Position numbers and translations under genes: made by a program. A stretch of 64,000 nucleotides of DNA from Veleropilina oligotropha (Eukaryota): NCBI GenBank assembly GCA_048128005.1, contig JBEUKZ010000100.1, forward strand, positions 186,001-250,000, read 5' to 3'. Under the pieces are notes generated by a model, which saw only the letters and a list, made by a program, of their open reading frames with translations, was not told where the DNA came from and made no database searches. Positions 45,101 to 53,626 of the stretch are shown here, one piece after another (position 1 is the first letter of the stretch; each line of letters begins with the position of its first letter).

Positions 45101-48100
45101 ATGACATCTCAAAGGTTAAAATATAATTCCAATATTTAGAAATTTGAGGACATTTTTTCGATGCGCAGTGGTTTTGGCTAAATTTCATGGTGCATTTGGT
45201 GTGGACATATGCTGATGTTATACAGTCCTCTTTTTCACATTTGATGTAGTATGACACATTCAAACTTGCAATGCATACTTAGTTGCATCAGTAAGAGTAA
45301 TCATAAAAATATGTAAATGAGGACATGTGACCTAATTATGGATTCAAAATGGCTGTCGTTTCAACAACATTTGCTGTGAATGCCATTTTTTGGAGGTGGG
45401 GCTTATTTCAAGATATAAATATTGGCACATATTCATCCGTTTATGTTTATGTAATTGCCTGTAAAATCCAACTTATATACATCTATCTCCAGTATTATAC
45501 TTTAGAGTGTCACATGCCTACGACCATGACCACGCCCCTCCCCACGTAAATGTGGTCTAGCACGGCCAGCACCTCGCCCATATGTTGTGAAGGCCTGACT
45601 CTGTTTATACATACACATTCCCTCATCTAGCAACCCCACGATCGTAAGAATCACTATCAACAAAATAATATTCATTTTGATCACTCTCTTGATCACTGTC
45701 ATCGGTTCCTGGGGGTGGGCGTGGTCGATGGCGTGGAATATCATTAGCGGCAAACCCCCATTAGGACCCCCATCAATATCAGAATGTTCCGAATCATCGT
45801 ATTCATCTAAATTAAAATGAACATCACTCATCTTATCTAACAATCGTTTCACATCATGTATAACATATAATCCTCGAATACGCTGCATATATATCGCCAT
45901 TTCACGAAAAATAGCTATGTTTACTTATATGAACAAGCCGGGAACAACTGGCGATAAAATGACCTAGATTGGCAGGGATGACCTAAAAGTGTTGCCATGT
46001 ATTGGTAGACAGCTTATTTATAGCAGATGACTCGCAATTTTAACCAGTGAGTGCATAGTATTAAGGGGATTCCCCAACACATACCCAATGCGCGAAATTT
46101 CGCGCTCCCGGAGGGACGAGGTTAATACACCCAGCAAGTTTCGTAAAGTGTTGTCAAGCGGTTTATGAGAGACACTCCGGAAAATATAACATTAACAACA
46201 AGTGCTATCGATATAGCGGTATCCCCTGCGGTAAAGTATTTTGTCAATATATATGCAAGAAATAGATTTAGTACAATGTTTTGATGGTATGGAGATTTTT
46301 GATTGAAATTGGTCTTTAATCCCTAGATCTATCAACCAGCATATACATGTATAAAATATATCTTGAGCAGCACACATGCACTAATTGAATAACTTTGTCC
46401 AAACTTGCAAATGTAATACATTATTTGTGTTAAATTAATCAAAATTTCTATGTCCAAATACACAAATTTAACACAGTTTTGTGTTAAAATGAATGCAACA
46501 TCACTGTCAGCGCAGCATGTAGCATCACAAAGTCAACCCATATGCACTCGATCACTGAAACTAACCCGAAACTTTAAATAAAATTTCACAGAATATTTAA
46601 ATTAAATTATAATCAATATAACTGTAACAATAGCAAGTAACAACTATGAAGAATACACCAATGCATATGCTTGCAACAACATGTCTTGATCAATCAATAT
46701 GCGGTAATTGAATAACTTAAACCGAAAATGTTTACTAAATTTCTATTTCTAAAACATTTTATTTAATTTTAAATTTTATTAAATATCACTTAGTGTCAAT
46801 ATGACCAACACCAAAGGATATGCATTAACAAAGTGCTTTACTAAACCTATATGCAATAATCGAAAAACTGTAACCTAAAAAATGTAACTAAAATGTTTAT
46901 ATAAAAAACATCAATTTCACAAATTATTTATATTAAATTTTGTTCAATATCACTGCCAGGCTAACAACTAACATCAATATAGCCAGCAACAAAGCATAAG
47001 TGTGCAAAAAAGTAAATGAGCATTGTATAAGCACTCTTTGAAAAACTTTAACAGAAAAATGTTAACTAAATTTCTATGTCCCAATTGCAAAACACCAATT
47101 TCATGCATTATATAAAATTATAATGTAAATCATTGCCAGAGTATCAGGTCACATCCATATAACCATTACTAAAGCTTCTATATGCCGAAATGTTCCTTGA
47201 GCAATCGATATACACTCAAAGAAAAACTTGAACCAAATACTTTAACCGAAAAAATTCTGTGTGTTCAAAGTGCTTTTTTTCACAAAATAAATAAAAAATC
47301 TATTCAATTTTGGTTCCAACTAAAGGCTAAACATGTCTACTTTCCATCTAAATATGTTTGATTGAGTTATTCATCCATTAAATGCATGTAATACCTCATC
47401 CAAAAACTTTAACCAAAAGTGTGACCGGACGGACGGATGGACAGAGGCTATCCCTATATCCCCTTTGGCTTTTTCCTTCGGAAGATGCGGGGGATAACAA
47501 GGGAAATAACTTCGAAACTAGCAAAAAGCACCCGCTCACCGACTACTTAATACATCCAGCAAGTTTCGTAAAGTTATGTCGAGCGGTGTATTAGATACGC
47601 TCTGGAAAAGATAACATTAACGAATTTACAACAAGAGCAATAACTCTGTTAATAATAGCGGCACAACGTTGAAACTAGCAAAAGGCACCAGTTCACAGAG
47701 TACTTAATACACCCAGCAAGTTTCGAAAAGTTATATCGAGCAGTGTATGAGATATGCTCCGGAAAAGAGAATTTGAACGGACGGACAGCATTTTAATATC
47801 CCCCGCATATTCTTCTTTTTTTATGGGGGATAATTAACATTAGACGTACATGTTTTCTGAAATTCATGACTGGGCTGTTATATTTACTGTCCTCCGGCTT
47901 CTATACTGTCAAGGTCATTTTGAATTTTTTTTGGATCTAATACCATTTTGAATACTCTGTTACAGTTTGTGTCAATAATCGCTGTACAATGTTTATAAAT
48001 TAGTTTACTGAATACACCATCCACGTTTCGTAAAGATATGTCAAGCGGTTCATGATAAATATTCTGGAAAAGATCATTTGCATGGATGATGTACATTTTA

Positions 48101-51100
48101 TTGAATTGATGTACATATATCTGCTGAGATAAAATATAAAGATTCAATTCAATATTTGATATGCAAAGACCATGTATATTTAAATGCAAATCCTTACCGT
48201 AAGTGTAGCTGTAATTGTGTTGCTGGACCTAGTGGGCCCAGTGGTACTGGCACAATCGTATGTGTAACAAGGGAGCACCATACAGGATGTCTGAAAAGAA
48301 CGTCGACTTGACTATCAGCATAGGGTACACGCCTGGGTTAATGTATTTATTTCTATTCCATTGTGCATAATATATTGCTGCTGACAAGGAATTAATGTAA
48401 ACATGAACATAGGTGTAAAACTAAGCCAACAAAGTATTTTTTGTTTTGGGGTTTATTTTTTACTTGAAAAATGTTTATCCCATATTTGTCTACAAACACA
48501 TTGTATTGTGCATTAGGCCAATTAATTTTTAAAAAACAACATGGTGAGATGGAAATAAGTTTATTAAACCTCTAAGTAGGCACATGTTATTTATTTGTCC
48601 ACTTTTCAGAGAATTCTGACCAATACGTTACCTGAACATTATATCCACCCAGGCCGTATTGTTTTTCAGTCAACAAGCTGGAGCTACGAGCATCAGAAAT
48701 GTAGTCTTTGAGCACTTCCGCACCATCAACAAGCCACAACACGGTATAGTCAACAATAGCCTCGTCCAATTGCTCAAATTCACATTCAAAGAATGCCTCT
48801 GATGTCTTTGAATCCATTTTCACTGACAATCTGGGGTTTTCGGATAATTTCGGAATAACTACAACACAATTGAACATCATATCAGAGTCACCATCAGATA
48901 GTTTCACATGCACAAATAAGATTGATTAGACGTTTAAAGTTGTCTTGCGCCCATGAAAACAGGATAAGTTACATCTGATTCAAATGAGACGTCTCAGGAA
49001 AACATTTTTATTTTAAATTTTTCCAAATTTTACATTGTATTATTCAATGCTCAACTATCACTGACTTGACGATACGTGTATGAACAATGATTATGTTATG
49101 TCAGTTACAACATACCGAGTATTTCAAATGCAAAATAAATGGATATTTGAAAGAATGAGCAATATTTTGGTCGTATATATTATAATAAGACACATGAATC
49201 TCTGGAGAGGAATTACCCCAAAATGACTAAGATTTTATTCGTATTAGATGACAATAATATTTGTATAATTATGTAATACTGCGCTTCTGATGACACGCAT
49301 ATATAAAGGTGCCACAGCCTGGAAATGCTTAAGCTTTTGACTTACGAAATGGCCAATGTAAACAGAAGTTATATGACCATTTCTACCTAATGAACCTGAA
49401 ATTCTGCTGAATAGTTAAAACATACAATGACATAGTATAATTACCTGTGTTCAGATCCAGAATGTCAAGGACCTCTCTTGTAGCCATGAATATATTCCAC
49501 CCACCCCACACCACGTTCGCGTGCAAGGTTTGCGTCATATCCGGTGACCGACCAATCGTCATGCTGTATTGAATCAGTGTTGTTACAACCTTTGCTCTCC
49601 ATACGTTCGACTTCACAACTATGCCGTCCACAGAAAACGTCAAACCAGCAGACAAACTCCAAGAGAACTCAAAGTCGATGAATTCATGCAGCTTGTTGAA
49701 TGGGAGACTGACGGTCCACTCTCTCTCCTGGGTGCTCACCATTAGCACTATCTGATTATTGAGGTAGTAAAGAGCGAAGCCAGTAGAAGTCTCCATCTCA
49801 CCCCCATTGCTGATGATGACGGTGTTATCTATTAGCGTCCCAAACTTCAAAGTGAACTGTATCGTTAAACCGCTTGGGCACAATCTAGCATCACCGAGAC
49901 AGCCTTCAAACGGATTGGAGTATTGCAGGTACTGATCAATGCCGTTCAGTTCAACACTAAACCCGCCCTCTGGACCTTCTACCAACAACGGGTTTCCGTG
50001 CACAGTTAGGTTATCTGCACTCGAAGTATAAAGAATGCCCTCAAAAATATTGATGAGGTTCACACGGATGATGTCTATAACTTCAGCTGAAAGAAATATG
50101 GGCAGATATTACAGCAACAATAATTAGCGTAATCATGAAAACTTTAAAATAGACAAATCTATAAAATCATACACTTTAGGAAAAGCCATCTTTCTAACAT
50201 ATGCTCATCAAGAAATTACAGCAAAAGTGTGCTACACTCGGTCTCCTAAGGCAGACATAAGAGTCTCCATCGGAATCTGTCGGCAATGGTCTGCAAGGTG
50301 TATAGATATTCACTTGAACCCACTTCAGATTTATCAGTCATTGGTCCAAGCATACATATATTAACTAATCTCACTGCGGAGTAGGATTATTAATAATGAT
50401 GTATTGTCTCTAAAATGAATGGGCCCTAACATATCTCCTCCAAACAGTAGATATTATTCCCACAATGCATGAGATCACATGGATAACAAGATGACCGAGC
50501 CATCAATGGCCCCCCGCAATGGTAAATTCACAATTACTCAGATAATAATCGTCGCACATCAGTTCACCAACTACTTAGTACACCCACCAAGTATCGTAAA
50601 GATACGTCAAGCAGTTTTCGAGATACACGTCGGAAAAGATAACATAAACAAATTAAGACAAGTTAGAGTAAAAATTATGTTAATAATCACTGCACAACGT
50701 CGAAATTAGCAAAAGGCACCAAAGATATGTCGAGTGGTTTTTTAGATACACTTCGGAAAAGACAACATTAACAAATTTACAACAAGGGCAATAACTCTGT
50801 TAACGTCAAAATTCGCAAAGGCAACAGTTCACCAACTACTTAATACACTACCAAGTTTATAAAGATATGTTGAGCGGTTTATGTGATATAATATGCTCTG
50901 GAAACGATTATTTGCATGTATGGATGGTCTTCCCTTAATATTCAGCACTTCAAACCTAGTGAAGCATACTTACTTCTCAAAGAGAACCAAATTTTAGCAT
51001 CAACAGACAGCTTGCAGGCTCTGGACGGATCCAATGGATTCAAGGCGCCATCCTCATAGCATTCCCCATCAATAATGCATATATCAGGCTGCAAGCAGAA

Positions 51101-52251
51101 AATAGCATTACTCTAAAAAAAATCAATATTACACCACATAATACTATCATTATTGAATACTCTTGACACTATCATTATTGAATACTCTTGACACTATCAT
51201 TATTGAATACTCTTGACACTATCATTATTGAATACTCTTGATACATTCAAAGATTTGAAAGAAAACATATAGGGGTGGTGGTGAGGGTTATGTTCTCAAA
51301 AGTATACAATATGCTTTAAAAACATTTCCAATACTGCAATAATTATAAGAATCCAAACGACCCAAGACTGAGGTCTGGTATAATCAAGGATGAAAATGAA
51401 GATTTCTCTTCAGAAGATCCAGCAAAACTCGAGTTATCACAGGAGTGATCACATGCCCGTACAAAAGTGCTTCACCCAGGAACAGGCTGTCGCATACAGA
51501 CATAAAGTTTCATGTCCCTCTGTCAAATAGCATGGGAGATATGGAGCGGATATGAATTTTGTACCAAGTGCAGTCTCGTGTGAAAAGTAGGTAGCAGTGA
51601 CCTACTTTTGGTACGCAACACACATTTGGGGTATGACGCATGCACACATCAAGTTTCATGTTCCCCGGTCAAACAGTATTGGAGATATGGAGCGAAAGGG
51701 AATTTAGGACAAGTGCAGTCAAGCGTGAAAAGTGGGTCGCAGTGACCTACTTTCAGTACGCGACACACCTTTGGGTTATTATGCATCCACACATCAAGTT
51801 TCGTGTCCCTGGGTGTAATATCGGAGATTTGCGGAAGGGAAATTTGCAATCGTTAGACCGACCGATCAGCCAACCGACCGACAGATCAGCCAACCGACCG
51901 ACAGACAAGCTGACTCCTATATGCCCCCCCTAAACTTTGCATAATCAACCTGTTCCAATGGGCTACCATAATTTAGTACTTTGCAATATATCACAACGCT
52001 AATCGTCATTGATATAGCCATTTAAGTTAGTAGAGCAGATATCTTACCCTATTAATACAGTTTTCATGGACACATATCTGACATCTCGAGTCGAAAACAA
52101 TCCTTCTGAGAGAATTACTGACGAGTAAGTTCATGCCGAGTTGTATGTCGACCGATACACTAGTCTCTAAGGTACATCTGACCTGCTGCAGGCTTATAAA
52201 CGTGGCGTTAACGATGTACTCTCTATCACTGACAAAGGCTCCGTTCTCAAA
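99..52251 (-). CDS. Partial multi-exon gene (25 internal exons, ~4,857 nt, ~1,619 aa): VWD- and EGF-domain (VWDE-like) extracellular protein with LamG/ConA-like domains; both ends lie outside this interval
   Basis: All 25 exons have AG/GT boundaries and their phases join into one open frame. VWD signatures (CxSLNDPHMxTFDG, CNCGVAVRSGDD, GLCGTFD), an EGF repeat (CKNNCNNQGTCILGACICSVGYGGPGC) and two LamG/ConA-like domains are visible. Confidence 0.9.
394..1592. mobile_element. Non-autonomous Tc1/mariner (Tigger/pogo-like) DNA transposon
   Basis: TIRs CAGTGGATTCCGCTTATTTGCATA and TATGCAATTAAGTGGAATCCACTG, flanked by TA on both sides; no transposase ORF. Confidence 0.85.
1904..2364. mobile_element. 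MITE with ~30-bp terminal inverted repeats
   Basis: AGAGACTATTGCCCGTAAATGCGCTCTTTC versus GAAAGAGCGCATTTATGGGCAATAGTCTCT; target-site duplication not clear. Confidence 0.7.
4918..4994 (-). CDS. VWDE-like exon 24 (77 nt; start of VWD domain)
   Basis: LEVIDRDKSALCRSLNDPHMHTFDG; cag/gtaag boundaries; paralog of 37099-37175. Confidence 0.9.
5699..6091 (-). CDS. VWDE-like exon 23 (393 nt)
   Basis: LVTDKIKVHEG...PPRLFC...GKVE; phase 0-0; paralog of 37949-38338. Confidence 0.88.
6337..6668. repeat. 28-bp minisatellite, ~12 copies
   Basis: Unit AACGGGCCCTATGCATAACCAGGGAGAT. Confidence 0.95.
6822..7168 (+). mobile_element. tRNA-derived CORE/MIR-like SINE
   Basis: A box (TGGTACAGTGG) and B box (GGTTCAACCCC); CORE-like CCTTGGGCAAG...TGCCTC...AAATGGG; tail TGTAAGCGCTTTGAG...(ATT)n. 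Confidence 0.8.
7219..7311 (-). CDS. VWDE-like exon 22 (93 nt)
   Basis: LYCAVSACETLRCEETRGPWRLSEKLIAKIE; same length as paralog 48198-48290. Confidence 0.85.
7839..8059 (-). CDS. VWDE-like exon 21 (221 nt; Ig-like)
   Basis: VPGFDSRP...LSCSF...YTARWY; phase 1-0; paralog of 48632-48858. Confidence 0.87.
8615..8839 (+). mobile_element. Degenerate tRNA-derived SINE
   Basis: tRNA-like head (CTCAACTGGCAGAGCG...GGGTTCG), central CTTCGAATGGAGACGTTAAACCCAGG, (TCAA)n tail. Confidence 0.5.
8871..13035. repeat. 22-bp satellite array, ~4.2 kb, ~189 copies, intronic
   Basis: Unit TA(A/T)ATATACTAAACATGCCACG, highly homogeneous. Confidence 0.98.
13181..13503 (-). CDS. VWDE-like exon 20 (323 nt; C-terminal half of LamG/ConA-like domain)
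   Basis: KRMNLVIST...FSWHAQFGLSLYLDG...LFLGR; phase 2-1. Confidence 0.88.
14024..14354 (-). CDS. VWDE-like exon 19 (331 nt; N-terminal half of LamG/ConA-like domain)
   Basis: GNPTFIEGPTGGNALLLDGINQF...CPFGLTVSF; phase 1-2. Confidence 0.88.
14627..14741 (-). CDS. VWDE-like exon 18 (115 nt)
   Basis: DDVCVIDDECYVEGYINPGDSLMVCQP; same length as paralog 50974-51088. Confidence 0.88.
14778..15001 (+). mobile_element. Truncated tRNA-derived SINE followed by a 23-bp tandem repeat (4 copies)
   Basis: A box GTAGCTGAGTGG and B box GTTCGATCCC; resembles the SINE at 19989-20250; then unit GATATTATGTCAGCTGTCATGAA. Confidence 0.6.
15287..15499 (-). CDS. VWDE-like exon 17 (213 nt)
   Basis: NTAGTF...AIFISSDIVECP...YSSDCELCTEENCTAR; phase 0-0; paralog of 52048-52251. 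Confidence 0.85.
15924..16111 (-). CDS. VWDE-like exon 16 (188 nt; C-terminal half of EGF repeat)
   Basis: ACICSVGYGGPGCLL...PLCD...GEGF...TLICH; phase 1-0. Confidence 0.9.
16652..16823 (-). CDS. VWDE-like exon 15 (172 nt; N-terminal half of EGF repeat)
   Basis: MTDDDTWALAMV...LCKNNCNNQGTCIL; phase 0-1. Confidence 0.88.
17430..18586. repeat. Minisatellite (28-bp then 25-bp units, ~45 copies) derived from the exon-14 donor junction
   Basis: Units CATGATGAATACCTTTATATCATCTACA and CATGTTTACCTTTATATCATCTACA; the last unit overlaps the 3' end of the exon. Confidence 0.95.
18567..18725 (-). CDS. VWDE-like exon 14 (159 nt)
   Basis: TFTWPT...FC...C...LVQTCVDDIK; the WPT...C..DI pattern follows VWD domains in VWDE-like proteins; phase 0-0. 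Confidence 0.88.
18900..19016. repeat. 36-bp tandem repeat, 3 copies
   Basis: Unit GTGACAACCTTTGCCCCGGTGGCGAGGAATATGATG. Confidence 0.95.
19802..21179. mobile_element. Probable solo LTR (1,378 bp including a nested SINE)
   Basis: Termini TGTTAC...GCAACA (TG...CA, inverted); 4-bp duplication TGGG at 19798-19801 and 21180-21183; removing it rejoins the Penelope coding sequence. Confidence 0.8.
19989..20250 (-). mobile_element. tRNA-derived SINE nested in the solo LTR
   Basis: Minus-strand head GGCCGCTTCGGCAGCGCAGTGGGTAAGAG...GGGTTCAATACC; duplication AATAACAGTTAGA at 19976-19988 and 20251-20263. Confidence 0.85.
22194..23613. mobile_element. Non-autonomous Tc1/mariner-like DNA transposon with a nested insertion
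   Basis: TIRs CACGACAGCGTCGATATAACG and CGTTGTATCGAGGCTGTCGTG, TA on both sides; GGAC-microsatellite element at ~22392-22613 inside. Confidence 0.8.
23882..25106. mobile_element. Helentron-associated (HINE/DINE-like) element with ~7 internal ~157-bp tandem repeats, nested in a second element (~23622-25328)
   Basis: AACAAG start, tandem core, (GACG)n, terminal CCCCGC...GCGGGG hairpin; related units recur near 44465-44795, 47500-47830 and 50480-50900. Confidence 0.7.
25499..25605 (-). CDS. VWDE-like exon 13 (107 nt)
   Basis: TDVTEFLLSSARSPTKCYTTQQELDFVYNLQQVEF; cag/gtaag boundaries; phase 1-0 fits both neighbours. Confidence 0.8.
26365..26534 (-). CDS. VWDE-like exon 12 (170 nt)
   Basis: VSQKESLFTGYCPG...YCTC...C; phase 2-1; continues the WR-V...SLF motif from exon 11. 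Confidence 0.85.
26705..26838. repeat. 30-bp tandem repeat, ~4.5 copies
   Basis: Unit CAACCAATGAGACAGCTTCATCACAGCACT. Confidence 0.9.
27351..27459 (-). CDS. VWDE-like exon 11 (109 nt; end of VWD domain)
   Basis: GLCGTFDDDDDNEF...FSETWR, the canonical VWD C-terminal motif. Confidence 0.9.
27809..27911 (-). CDS. VWDE-like exon 10 (103 nt; VWD domain)
   Basis: IYLPTGTVIKI...VNVWIQASAADFGHTSG; phase 0-1. Confidence 0.9.
28823..29029 (-). CDS. VWDE-like exon 9 (207 nt; VWD domain)
   Basis: VRTFYRAC...ATCNCGVAVRSGDDVLLFNRC; phase 0-0. Confidence 0.92.
29511..29574 (-). CDS. VWDE-like exon 8 (64 nt; VWD domain)
   Basis: SYDNFLEGEFILYKHDTLPYE; phase 2-0. Confidence 0.88.
30007..36462. mobile_element. 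Cluster of nested HINE/Helitron-like non-autonomous elements
   Basis: Start and end match the uninterrupted element at 40487-41952; internal AACAAG starts, (GGAC)n tracts and GC hairpins. Confidence 0.6.
34273..35225 (-). mobile_element. Non-autonomous Helitron carrying five ~175-bp tandem units
   Basis: Minus strand reads A|TC...hairpin (ACCCGTC/GACGGGT)...CTAG|T; near-identical units each contain an (AGAC)n(AC)n microsatellite. Confidence 0.8.
36600..36905. repeat. ~51-bp tandem repeat, ~6 copies
   Basis: Unit TACCTACCATCCAGGGTTGCCCCGGTGGCCATCAAGGTGGCACATACTCAG. Confidence 0.92.
37099..37175 (-). CDS. VWDE-like exon 7 (77 nt; start of VWD domain)
   Basis: VSVVDRDTSSMCQSLNDPHMRTFDG; phase 0-2. 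Confidence 0.9.
37949..38338 (-). CDS. VWDE-like exon 6 (390 nt)
   Basis: IDEYNINVYEGG...PPRLLCP...VKATVDFIKD; phase 0-0. Confidence 0.88.
38378..39550. mobile_element. HINE-like element with ~6 internal ~150-bp tandem repeats
   Basis: AACAAG start, recurring ATCGAACTTGACCTAGATATT units, terminal CCCGT...ACGGGCG hairpin followed by an A-run. Confidence 0.7.
40487..41952. mobile_element. HINE-like element, uninterrupted relative of 30007-36462
   Basis: Near-identical first ~130 bp to 30007; ends with a GGAY microsatellite and CCCCGTCCGCC...GGCGGCGGGGG hairpin. Confidence 0.7.
42680..44466. mobile_element. HINE-like element with an internal tandem array (~160-bp subunits alternating as a dimer)
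   Basis: Recurring AAGGTCACAACGGCAAGGTCAAAGGTCGC; (CCAT)n tract; terminal ACCCCAGC...GCTGGGGT hairpin. Confidence 0.7.
44797..46121 (-). mobile_element. piggyBac-like non-autonomous or internally deleted transposon
   Basis: TTAA duplicated at 44793-44796 and 46122-46125; termini CCTC...GAGG; splits a repeat unit (GACTACTTAA|TACACCCAGC). Confidence 0.75.
48198..48290 (-). CDS. VWDE-like exon 5 (93 nt)
   Basis: TSCMVLPCYTYDCASTTGPTRSSNTITATLT; cag/gtaag boundaries. Confidence 0.85.
48632..48858 (-). CDS. VWDE-like exon 4 (227 nt; Ig-like)
   Basis: IPKLSENP...FECEF...YTVLWLVDG; phase 1-0. Confidence 0.87.
49445..50086 (-). CDS. VWDE-like exon 3 (642 nt; complete LamG/ConA-like domain)
   Basis: GNPLLVEGP...LNGIDQYL...CPSGLTI...FSWS...GLTFSVDG; phase 1-1. 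Confidence 0.9.
50974..51088 (-). CDS. VWDE-like exon 2 (115 nt)
   Basis: PDICIIDGECYEDGALNPLDPSRACKL; phase 0-1. Confidence 0.88.
51143..51241. repeat. 25-bp tandem repeat, 4 copies
   Basis: Unit ACTATCATTATTGAATACTCTTGAC. Confidence 0.9.
52048..52251 (-). CDS. VWDE-like exon 1 in this window (204 nt; an internal exon)
   Basis: FENGAF...ATFISLQQVRC...FDSRCQICVHENCINR; ttcag acceptor and gtaag donor; paralog of 15287-15499. Confidence 0.85.
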
Positions 52252-52637
52252 CTGAAATACATTGGGGCTCATGCAACATAAATACTAACCAGCTGCAGCT
52301 GGTATTCATTCACAAACACTATTATCATAATGGCAAATTGCAATAGAGAAAATGAAAATCATAAATTTCTTGTAATGTGTAAATATTGCTGCATAAACAA
52401 AAGAGACTATGAGAAGATCATATTCTGCAGTGAATGGACACATATTATATTATATTATACATCAATGTGAGCCATAGAATCAGACATCATATGTAATGGG
52501 CAGATTTAACATTTAGATACATTGTGTTATCAATGACCACGATTTATTATAATATGTAATGCAATAATATGTAATCCAATACGGGTCTAGAAAGACGTAC
52601 AACATTGCAGCAAGTTTAGTTTGAACAAAATCATGAG

Positions 52638-52911
52638 TCAAGTAATAGTCTTACCTGCAGTTCAAGTAATAGTCTTACCCGCAGTTCAAGTAATAGTCTT
52701 ACCCGCAGTTCAAGTAATAGTCTTACCTGCAGTTCAAGTAATAGTCTTACCCACAGTTCAAGTAACAGTCTTGCCCGCAGTTCAAGTAATAGTCTTACCC
52801 GCAGTTCAAGTAATAGTCTTACCAGCAGTTCAAGTAATAGTCTTACCCGCAGTTAAAGTAACAGTCTTACCCGCAGTTCAAGTAATAGTCTTACCCGCAG
52901 TTCAAGTAATA
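52638..52911. repeat. 24-bp minisatellite, ~11 copies
   Basis: Unit TCAAGTAATAGTCTTACCCGCAGT. Confidence 0.95.
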
Positions 52912-53011
52912 ATCTTATGTGAGTTTATTACATCATTCATTTTCCTGTGGCATCAATCATTTCCCGTACAATTCACTATATTTGTTAGCATCTAAAATAA
53001 ATATCAACATT

Positions 53012-53290
53012 AGCAGCAGGGGGGGTGATTGGACTTTTTAGAATGGGAAAATACAGCGCCCAGCACCATTTCAGAACTGAGCTGGTATTACTGAGGGGAA
53101 CTATGGAGTATAGACTAGGGGCGGGGCGGCCGCCGTGGAGGCTCCCAGCCCTATTTTGGGACTGAGGGTAGGGATTGTATTACAAAAAGTCACCGTGTGT
53201 ACAAACTAGGGTAGCTTAGAATAGTCAGCAGGGGGGTGATTGGACTTTTTAGAATGGCAAAATAGCAGCCCGGCGAAGGCTACAGGACAT
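53012..53290. repeat. Putative left terminal inverted repeat / origin region with an internal direct repeat
   Basis: CAGCAG(G)nTGATTGGACTTTTTAGAATGG at 53014-53046 and 53226-53257; GGGGCGGGGC box near 53117; the matching right terminus is not in the window. Confidence 0.55.
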
Positions 53291-53478
53291 CACTGAGGGC
53301 CCGCCAGCGTTTGATTTCGTGCAACTCCCTTTCTACCGTCTTTGGTCTTCTTCTTATATATCGCTTGTTCACCATTGTCGAGTACAACGATCAAAACGTT
53401 ATAGCCCCGGTTTAAGAGGTTTTTAACGCGCCTGAAGCTCCGTTCGCTGTACAGCGTAGGAATGTCTTCCTGCGGCAT
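53290..53478 (-). CDS. Possible small viral protein (62 aa from the ATG at 53478)
   Basis: MPQEDIPTLYSERSFRRVKNLL..., basic C-terminus; fills the gap between terminus and zinc-finger gene; no recognised motif. Confidence 0.3.
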   Translation of the reverse strand: MPQEDIPTLYSERSFRRVKNLLNRGYNVLIVVLDNGEQAIYKKKTKDGRKGVARNQTLAGPQ

Positions 53479-53626
53479 GTTGCTTTCAAGTATAACTACA
53501 CAACGTCTAACATGCCGATATAGTAGTATGTAGTAAGAGCCCGTAGGGACGGCCCACAACCCTCGCCGGCCCGGGCTCTCTTTTAGACATACCCATCGGA
53601 CGGGTATATCCAATGCAAAGGATACG

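Noticed and set aside
52638..52991. 24-bp repeat containing a donor-like CGG|GTAAGA as the end of a missing upstream exon, and the 124-aa QVIVLPAV ORF
   Set aside because: The candidate exons I tried (acceptors near 52992 and 52945) contain stops in the required frame and do not resemble the expected EGF exon; the ORF is the repeat translated
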